Assembly: GCA_964016885.1 (NCBI GenBank)
Contig: OZ024741.1
Span: 255,812,001 to 255,876,000, forward strand
Direction: 5' to 3'
Source: Eledone cirrhosa
Lineage: Eukaryota
DNA length: 64,000 nucleotides
Shown here: in pieces, positions 51,151 through 61,226 of the stretch
How positions within the stretch are numbered: the first letter of the stretch is position 1
Layout of the letters: every line of letters begins with the position of its first letter
Position numbers and translations under genes: made by a program
Notes under the pieces: generated by a model
What the model saw: the letters and a program-made list of their open reading frames with translations, nothing else
What the model was told of the DNA's origin: nothing
The model's database searches: none

Positions 51151-54100
51151 GTGTTTTGACTTACGGGTGTATCGGCTTACGAGTGTTTTGACTTACGAGT
51201 GTTTTGACTTAAGGGTGTTTCGACTTACGAGTATTTTTGGCTTACGAGTGTTTCGACTTACGAGTGTTTTGACTTACGAGTGTTCTGATTTACGGATGTT
51301 TCGACATACGAGTGTTTCGACTTACGAGTGTTTGGACTTATGATTGTTTCGACTTACGAGTGTTTCGACTTACGAGTGTTTCGGCTTGTGATTGTTTCGA
51401 CTTACGAGTGTTTTGACTTACGGTGTTTCAGCTTACGAGTGTTTCGACTTACGAGTGTTTTGACTTACGAATGTTTTGACTTACGGGTGTTTCGGCTTAC
51501 GAGTGTTTCGACTTACGAGTGTTTCGGCTTGCGAGTGTTTCGACTTACTAATGTTTTTACTTACGAGTGTTTCGGCGTACGAGTGTTTCGACTTACGAGT
51601 GTTTCGGATTACGAGTGTTTTGACTTCAGGGTGTTTCGACTTACGAGTGTTTCGATACGAGTGTTTCGACTTACGAGTGTTCTGACTTACGAGTATTCTG
51701 ATTTACGGATGTTTCGACACACGAGTGTTTCGAATTACGAGTGTTTCGACTTACGAGTGTTTTGACTTACGGGTGTTTTGACATACGAGTGTTTCGATAC
51801 GAGTGTTTCGACTTATGAGTGTTTCGACCTACGAGTGTTCTGACTTACGAGTGTTCTGACTTACGAGTGTTCTGATTTACGGATGTTTCGACACACGAGT
51901 GTTTCGATACGAGTGTTTCGACTTACGAGTGTTTCGACTTATGAGTGTTTCGACTTACGAGTGTTCTGACTTACGAGTGTTCTGACTTACGAGTGTTCCG
52001 ACTTACGAGTGTTTCGGTTTACGAGTGTTTCGACATACGAGTGTTTTGACTTACGGGTGTTTCGACTTACGGGTGTTTCGACTTACGAGTGTTTTGGCTT
52101 ACGAGTGTTTCGACTTACTAATGTTTTTACTTACGAGTGTTTCGGTGTACGAATGTTTTGACTTAAGGATGTTTCGACTTACGAGTGTTTCGACTTACGA
52201 GTGTTTCGGCTTACGTGAGTTTCGACTTAAGAGTGTTCTGATTTACGAGTGTTCTGACTTACGAGTGTTTCGGCTTATGAGTGTTTCGACTTACGAGTGT
52301 TTCGGCTTACGAGTGTTTCGACTTATGGGTGTTTCGACTTACGAGTGTTTTTACTTACGGTGTTTCGGCTTACGAGTGTTTCGACATACGAGTGTTTTGA
52401 CTTACGGGTGTTTCGGCTTACGAGTGTTTCGACTTACGAGTGTTTCGGCTTACGAGTGTTTCGACTTACTAATGTTTTTACTTACGAGTGTTTCGGCGTA
52501 CGAGAGTTTTGACTTACGAGTGTTTCGACTTACGAGTGTTTTGACTTACGAATGTTTTGACTTACGGGTGTTTCGGCTTATGAGTGTTTCGACTTACGAG
52601 TCTTTCGGCTTACGAGTGTTTCGAATTACTAATGTTTTTACTTACGAGTGTTTCGGCGTACGAGTGTTTCGACTTACGAGTGTTTCGACTTACGAGTGTT
52701 TTGACTTACGGGTGTTTCGACTTACGAGTATTTTTGGCTTACGAGTGTTTCGACTTACGAGTGTTTTGACTTACGAGTGTTCTGATTTACGGATGTTTCG
52801 ACATACGAGTGTTTCGACTTACGAGTGTTTCGACTTATGAGTGTTTCGACTTACGAGTGTTTCGGCTAACGAGTGTTTCGAATTACGAGTGTATTGACTT
52901 ACGGTGTTTCGGCTTACGAGTGTTTCGACTTACGAGTGTTTTGACTTACGGGTGTTTTGACATACGAGTGTTTCGATACGAGTGTTCTGACTTACGAGTG
53001 TTTTGACTTACGGGTGTTTCGACTTACGAGTATTTTTGGCTTACGAGTGTTTCGACTTACGAGTGTTTTGACTTACGAGTGTTCTGCTTTACGGATGTTT
53101 CGACATACGAGTGTTTCGACTTACGAGTGTTTCAACTTATGAGTGTTTCGACTTACGAGTGTTTCGACTTACGAGTGTTTCGGCTTGTGATTGTTTCGAC
53201 TTACGAGTGTTTTGACTTACGGTGTTTCAGCTTACGAGTGTTTCGACTTACGAGTGTTTTGACTTCCGAATGTTTTGACTTACGGGTGTTTCGGCTTACG
53301 AGTGTTTCGACTTACGAGTGTTTCGGCTTGCGAGTGTTTCGACTTACTAATGTTTTTACTTACGAGTGTTTCGGCGTACGAGTGTTTCGACTTACGAGTG
53401 TTTCGGATTACGAGTGTTTTGACTTCAGGGTGTTTCGACTTACGAGTGTTTCGATACGAGTGTTTCGACTTACGAGTGTTCTGACTTACGAGTATTCTGA
53501 TTTACGGATGTTTCGACACACGAGTGTTTCGAATTACGAGTGTTTCGACTTACGAGTGTTTTGACTTACGGGTGTTTTGACATACGAGTGTTTCGATACG
53601 AGTGTTTCGACTTATGAGTGTTTCGACTTACGAATGTTCTGACTTACGAGTGTTCTGACTTACGAGTGTTCTGATTTACGGATGTTTCGACACACGAGTG
53701 TTTCGATACTAGTGTTTCGACTTACGAGTGTTTCGACTTATGAGTGTTTCGACTTACGAGTGTTCTGACTTACGAGTGTTCTGACTTACGAGTGCTTCGA
53801 CTTACGAGTGTTTCGGTTTACGAGTGTTTCGACATACGAGTGTTTTTACTTACGAGTGTTTCGGTGTACGAATGTTTTGACTTAAGGATGTTTCGACTTA
53901 CGAGTGTTTCGACTTACGAGTGTTTCGGCTTACGTGAGTTTCGACTTAAGAATGTTCTGATTTACGAGTGTTCTGACTTACGAGTGTTTCGGCTTATGAG
54001 TGTTTCGACTTACGAGTGTTTCGGCTTACGAGTGTTTCGACTTATGGGTGTTTCGACTTACGAGTGTTTTTACTTACGGTGTTTCGGCTTACGAGTGTTT

Positions 54101-57100
54101 CGACATACGAGTGTTTTGACTTACGGGTGTTTCGGCTTACGAGTGTTTCGACTTACGAGTGTTTCGGCTTACGAGTGTTTCGACTTACTAATGTTTTTAC
54201 TTACGAGTGTTTCGGCGTACGAGAGTTTTGACTTACGAGTGTTTCGACTTACGAGTGTTTTGACTTACGAATGTTTTGACTTACGGGTGTTTCGGCTTAT
54301 GAGTGTTTCGACTTACGAGTCTTTCGGCTTACGAGTGTTTCGACTTACTAATGTTTTTACTTACGAGTGTTTCGGCGTACGAGTGTTTCGACTTACGTGT
54401 GTTTCGACTTACGGGTGTTTTGACTTACGGGTGTTTCGGCTTACGAGTGTTTCGACTTACGAGTGTTTTGACTTACGGGTGTTTCGACTTACGAGTATTT
54501 TTGGCTTACGAGTGTTTCGACTTACGAGTGTTTTGACTTACGAGTGTTCTGATTTACGGATGTTTCGACATACGAGTGTTTCGACTTACGAGTGTTTCGA
54601 CTTATGAGTGTTTCGACTTACGAGTGTTTCGGCTAACGAGTGTTTCGAATTACGAGTGTATTGACTTACGGTGTTTCGGCTTACGAGTGTTTCGACTTAC
54701 GAGTGTTTTGACTTACGGGTGTTTTGACATACGAGTGTTTCGATACGAGTGTTCTGACTTACGAGTGTTCTGACTTACGAGTGTTTTGACTTACGAGTGT
54801 TCTGACTTACGAGTGTTCCGACTTACGAGTGTTCCGACTTACGAGTGTTTCGGCTTACGAATGTTTCCGGCTTACGAGTGTTTCGACTTCCGAGTGTTTT
54901 GACTTACGGTGTTTCGGCTTACGAGTGATTCGACTTACGAGTGTTTTGACTTACGGGTGATTTGACTTACGGGTGTTGTGAATTACGAGTGTTCCGATTT
55001 ACGAGTGTTTTGACTTACGGTGTTTCGGCTTACGAGTGATTCGACTTACGAATGTTTTGACTTACGGGTGTTTCGGCTTGCGAGTGTTTCGACTTACGAG
55101 TGTTTCGGCTTATGGGTGTTTCGACTTACTAATGTTTTTACTTACGAGTGTTTCGGCGTACGAGTGTTTTGACTTACGAGTGTTTCGACTTACGAGTGTT
55201 TCGACTTACGAGTGTTTCGGCTTACGTGAGTTTCGACTTAAGAGTGTTCTGATTTACGAGTGTTCTGACTTGCGGGTGTTCTGATTTACGAGTGTTCCGA
55301 CTTACGAGTGTTTCGGCTTATTAGTGTTTCGACTTACGAGTGTTTCGGCTTACAAGTGTTTCGACTTATGGGTGTTTCGACTTACGAGTGTTTTTACTTA
55401 CGGTGTTTCGGCTTACGAGTGTTTCGACATACGAGTGTTTTGACTTACGGGTGTTTCGACTTACGAGTGTTTTGACTTACGAATGTTTTGACTTACGGGT
55501 GTTTCGGCTTACGAGTGTTTCGACTTACGAGTGTTTCGGCTTACGAGTGTTTCGACTTACTAATGTTCTTACGAGTGTTTCGGCGTACGAGAGTTTTGAC
55601 TTACGAGTGTTTCGACTTACGAGTGTTTCGACTTACGAGTGTTTTGACTTACGAATGTTTTGACTTACGGGTGTTTCGGCTTACGAGTGTTTCGACTTAC
55701 GAGTCTTTCGGCTTACGAGTGTTTCGACTTACTAATGTTTTTACTTACGAGTGTTTCGGCGTACGAGTGTTTCGACTTACGAGTGTTTCGACTTACGGGT
55801 GTTTTGACTTACGGGTGTTTCGGCTTACGAGTGTTTTGACTTACGAGTGTTTTGACTTAAGGGTGTTTCGACTTACGAGTATTTTTGGCTTACGAGTGTT
55901 TCGACTTACGAGTGTTTTGACTTACGAGTGTTCTGATTTACGGATGTTTCGACATACGAGTGTTTCGACTTACGAGTGTTTCGACTTATGAGTGTTTCGA
56001 CTTACGAGTGTTTCGGCTTATGAGTGTTTCGACTTACGAGTGCTTCGGCTTACGAGTGTTTCGACTTACGAGTATTTCGGCTTACGAGTGTTTCGACGTA
56101 CGAATGTTTTGGCTTACGAGTGTTTCGGCTTATGAGTTTTTCGGCTTACGAGTGTTTCGACTTACGAGTGTTTCGGCTTACGAGTTTTTCAGTGATTCGG
56201 CTTACGTGTGTTTCGACTTACGAGTGTTTCGACTTACGACTGTTTCGGCTTACGAGTGTTTCGGCTTACGAGTGTTTCGACTTACGAGTGTTTTGACTTA
56301 CGAATGTTTTGACTTACAGGTGTTTCGGCTTACGAGTGTTTCGACTTACGAGACTTTCGGCTTACGAGTGTTTCGACTTACTAATGTTTTTACTTACGAG
56401 TGTTTCGGCGTACGAGTGTTTCGACTTACGAGTGTTTCGACTTACGGGTGTTTTGACTTACGGGTGTTTCGGCTTACGAGTGTTTTGACTTACGAGTGTT
56501 TTGACTTAAGGGTGTTTCGACTTACGAGTATTTTTGGCTTACGAGTGTTTCGACTTACGAGTATTTTGAGTTACGAGTGTTCTGATTTACGGATGTTTCG
56601 ACATACGAGTGTTTCGACTTACGAGTGTTTCGACTTACTAATGTTATTACTTACGAGTGTTTCGGCGTACGAGAGTTTTGGCTTACGAGTGTTTCGACTT
56701 ACGAGTGTTTCGACTTACGAGTGTTTTGACTTACGAATGTTTTGACTTACGGGTGTTTCGGCTTACGAGTGTTTCGACTTACGAGTGTTTTGACTTACGA
56801 GTGTTCTGATTTACGGATGTTTCGACATACGAGTGTTTCGACTTACGAGTGTTTCGACTTATGAGTGTTTCGACTTACGAGTGTTTCGGCTTATGAGTGT
56901 TTCGACTTACGAGTGCTTCGGCTTACGAGTGTTTCGACTTACGAGTATTTCGGCTTACGAGTGTTTCGACGTACGAATGTTTTGGCTTACGAGTGTTTCG
57001 GCTTATGAGTGTTTCGGCTTACGAGTGTTTCGACTTACGAGTGTTTCGGCTTACGAGTGTTTCAGTGTTTCGGCTTACGTGTGTTTCGACTTACGACTGT

Positions 57101-58089
57101 TTCGGCTTACGAGTGTTTCGGCTTACGAGTGTTTCGGCTTACGAGTGTTTTGACTTACGAGTGTTTTGACTTACGATTGTTTGGCTTACGAGTGTTCTGA
57201 CTTACGGGTGTTCTGACTTACGAATGTTCCGACTTACGAGTGTTTCGGCTTATGAGGGTTTCGACTTACGAGTGCTTCGGCTTACGAGTGTTTCGACTTA
57301 CGAGTGTTTCGGCTTACGAGTGTTTCGACTTACGAGTGTTTCGACTTACGAGTGTTTTGACTTACGGTGTTTCGGCTTACGAGTGTTTCGACATACGAGT
57401 GTTTTGACGTACGGGTGTTTCGACTTACGGGTCTTTCGACTTAAGAGTGTTTCGACTTACGAGCGCTTCGACTTACGAGTGTTTCGACTTACGAGTGTTT
57501 CGGCGTATGATTGTTTTGACTTACGAGTGTTTCGACTTACGAGTGTTTCGACTTACGAGTGTTTCGAATTACGAGTGTTTCGACTTACGAGTGTTTTGAC
57601 TTACGAGTGTTTTGACTTCGGTGTTTCTGCTTACGAGTGTTTCGACTTACGAGTGTTATGACTTACGGGTGTTTTCACATACGAGTGTTTCGACTTACGA
57701 GTGTTTTGACTTACGGGTGTTTTGACATACGAGTGTTTCGATACGAGTGTGCTGACTTACGAGTGTTCTGACTTACGAGTGTTCTGACTTACGAGTGTTT
57801 CGACATACGAGTGTTTTGACTTACGGGTGTTTCGACTTACGAGTGTTTTCACTTACGAATGTTTTGACTTACGGGTGTTTCGAGTGTTTCGACTTACGAG
57901 TGTTTCGGCTTACGAGTGTTTCGACTTACTAATATTTTTACTTACGAGTGTTTCGGCGTACGAGAGTTTTGACTTACGAGTGTTTCGACTTACGAGTGTT
58001 TCGACTTACGAGTATTTTGACTTACGAATGTTTTGACTTACGGGTATTTCGGCTTACGAGTGTTTCGACTTACGAGTCTTTCGGCTTAC

Positions 58090-59930
58090 GAGTGTTTCGA
58101 CTTACTAATGTTTTTACTTACGAGTGTTTCGGCGTACGAGTGTTTCGACTTCCGAGTGTTTCGACTTACGGGTGTTTTGACTTACGGGTGTATCGGCTTA
58201 CGAGTGTTTTGACTTACGAGTGTTTTGACTTAAGGGTGTTTCGACTTACGAGTATTTTTGGCTTACGAGTGTTTCGACTTACGAGTGTTTTGACTTACGA
58301 GTGTTCTGATTTACGGATGTTTCGACATACGAGTGTTTCGACTTACGAGTGTTTCGACTTATGAGTGTTTCGACATACGAGTGTTTCGACTTACGAGTGT
58401 TTCGGCTTGTGATTGTTTCGACTTACGAGTGTTTTGACTTACGGTGTTTCAGCTTACGAGTGTTTCGACTTACGAGTGTTTTGACTTACGGGTGTTTTGA
58501 CATACGAGTGTTTCGATACGAGTGTTCTGACTTACGAGTGTTCTGACTTACGAGTGTTTTGACTTACGAGTGTTCTGACTTACGAGTGTTCCAACTTACG
58601 AGTGTTCCGACTTACGAGTGTTTCGGCTTACGAGTGTTTTGACTTAAGGGTGTTTCGACTTACGAGTTTTTCGATACGAGTGTTTCGACTTACGAGTGTT
58701 TCGGCTTACGAGTGTTTCGACTTACGAGTGTTTCGACTTACGAGTGTTCCGACTTACGGGTGTTTCGACTTACGAGTGTTTTGGCTTACAGTGTTTCGAC
58801 TTACGAGTGTTTCGAGTTAGGAGTGTTTTGACTTACGAGTGTTCTGATTTACGAGTGTTCTGACTTACGAGTGTTCTGACTTACGAGTGTTCTGACTTAC
58901 GAGTGTTCTGACTTACGAGTGTTCCGAATTTACGAGTGTTTCGGCTCACGAGTGTTTCGGCTTACGAGTGTTTCGACTTACGAAAATAACAAATAGACGC
59001 GGTTTCAAATCTCTATGCTTTTCAAATTCATTACATTAATCTTTATTTATACGTTTCGCTTTACGAGTGTTTAGACTTACGAGTGTTTCGACATACGAGT
59101 GTTTCGACTTACTAATGTTTTTACTTACGAGTGTTTCGGCGTACGAGTGTTTCGACTTCCGAGTGTTTCGACTTACGGGTGTTTTGACTTACGGGTGTAT
59201 CGGCTTACGAGTGTTTTGACTTACGAGTGTTTTGACTTAAGGGTGTTTCGACTTACGAGTATTTTTGGCTTACGAGTGTTTCGACTTACGAGTGTTTTGA
59301 CTTACGAGTGTTCTGATTTACGGATGTTTCGACATACGAGTGTTTCGACTTACGAGTGTTTCGACTTATGAGTGTTTCGACTTACGAGTGTTTCGACTTA
59401 CGAGTGTTTCGGCTTGTGATTGTTTCGACTTACGAGTGTTTTGACTTACGGTGTTTCAGCTTACGAGTGTTTCGACTTACGAGTGTTTTGACTTACGGGT
59501 GTTTTGACATACGAGTGTTTCGATACGAGTGTTCTGACTTACGAGTGTTCTGACTTACGAGTGTTTTGACTTACGAGTGTTCTGACTTACGAGTGTTCCA
59601 ACTTACGAGTGTTCCGACTTACGAGTGTTTCGGCTTACGAGTGTTTTGACTTAAGGGTGTTTCGACTTACGATTTTTTCGATACGAGTGTTTCGACTTAC
59701 GAGTGTTTCGGCTCACGAGTGTTTCGACTTACGAGTGTTTCGACTTACGAGTGTTCCGACTTACGGGTGTTTCGACTTACGAGTGTTTTGGCTTACGGTG
59801 TTTCGACTTACGAGTGTTTCGAGTTAGGAGTGTTTTGACTTACGAGTGTTCTGATTTAAGAGTGTTCTGACTTACGAGTGTTCTGACTTACGAGTGTTCT
59901 GACTTACGAGTGTTCTGACTTACGAGTGTT
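58090..59930. repeat. ~1007 bp duplication in satellite B spanning cassette copy 9
   Basis: ORF pairs 58349/59356 and 58602/59609; shared rare variants TTCCAAC and GAGTTAGGAG. Confidence 0.8.
58984..59052. repeat. 69 bp cassette, copy 9 (allele ATGCTTTTC)
   Basis: Direct sequence match. Confidence 0.95.
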
Positions 59931-60325
59931 CCGACTTACGAGTGTTTCGGCTTATGAGTGTTTCGACTTACGAGTGCTTCGACTTACGAGTGTTTCGGCT
60001 TACGGGTGTTTCGACTTATGAATGTTTTTGCTTACGAGTGTTTCGGCTTACGAGTGTTTCGGCTTATGAGTGTTTCGACTTACGAGTGTTTTGACTTACG
60101 GGTGTTTCGACTTACGAGTGTTTTGGCTTACGGTGTTTCGACTTACGAGTGTTTCGAGTTAAGAGTGTTTTGACTTACGAGTGTTCTGATTTACGAGTGT
60201 TCTGACTTACGAGTGTTCTGACTTACGAGTGTTCTGACTTACGAGTGTTCTGACTTACGAGTGTTCCGACTTTACGAGTGTTTCGGCTCACGAGTGTTTC
60301 GGCTTACGAGTGTTTCGACTTACGA

Positions 60326-60394
60326 AAATAACAAATAGACGCGGTTTCAAATCTCTATGCTTTTCAAATTCATTACATTAATCTTTATTTATAC
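60326..60394. repeat. 69 bp cassette, copy 10 (allele ATGCTTTTC)
   Basis: Direct sequence match. Confidence 0.95.
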
Positions 60395-61157
60395 GTTTCG
60401 CTTTACGAGTGTTTAGACTTACGAGTGTTTCGACATACGAGTGTTTCGACTTACGAATGTTTTTGCTTACGGGTGTTTCGACTTACGAATGTTTTTGCTT
60501 ACGAGTGTTTCGGTTTACGAGTGTTCCGACTTACGAGTGTTCCGACTTACGAGTGTTTCGGCTTACGAGTGTTTCCGGCTTACGAGTGTTTCAACTTACG
60601 AGTATTCTGACTTACGAGTGTTCTGATTTACGGATGTTTCGACACACGAGTGTTTCGAATTACGAGTGTTTCGACTTACGAGTGTTTTGACTTACGGGTG
60701 TTTTGACATACGAGTGTTTCGATACGAGTGTTTCGACTTACGAGTGTTCTGACTTACGAGTGTTCTGACTTACGAGTGTTCTGACTTACGAGTGTTCTTA
60801 CTTACGAGTGTTCCGACTTACGAGTGTTCCGACTTACGAGTGTTTCGGCTTACGAGTGTTTCGGCTTACGAGTGTTTCGACTTACGAATGTTTCGACTTA
60901 CGAGTGTTCCGACTTACGGGTGTTTCGACTTACGAGTGTTTTGGCTTACGGTGTTTCGGCTTACGAGTGTTTCGAGTTACGAGTGTTTTGAATTACACGT
61001 GTTTTGACATACGAGTGTTTCGATACGAGTGTTCTGACTTACGAGTGTTCTGACTTACGAGTGTTCTGACTTACGAGTGTTCCGACTTACGAGTGTTCCG
61101 ACTTTACGAGTGTTTCGGCTCACTAGTGTTTCGGCTTACGAATGTTTCGACTTACGA

Positions 61158-61226
61158 AAATAACAAATAGACGCGGTTTCAAATCTCTATGCTTTTCAAA
61201 TTCATTACATTAATCTTTATTTATAC
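61158..61226. repeat. 69 bp cassette, copy 11 (allele ATGCTTTTC)
   Basis: Direct sequence match; upstream CTCACTAG variant as in copy 4. Confidence 0.95.
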
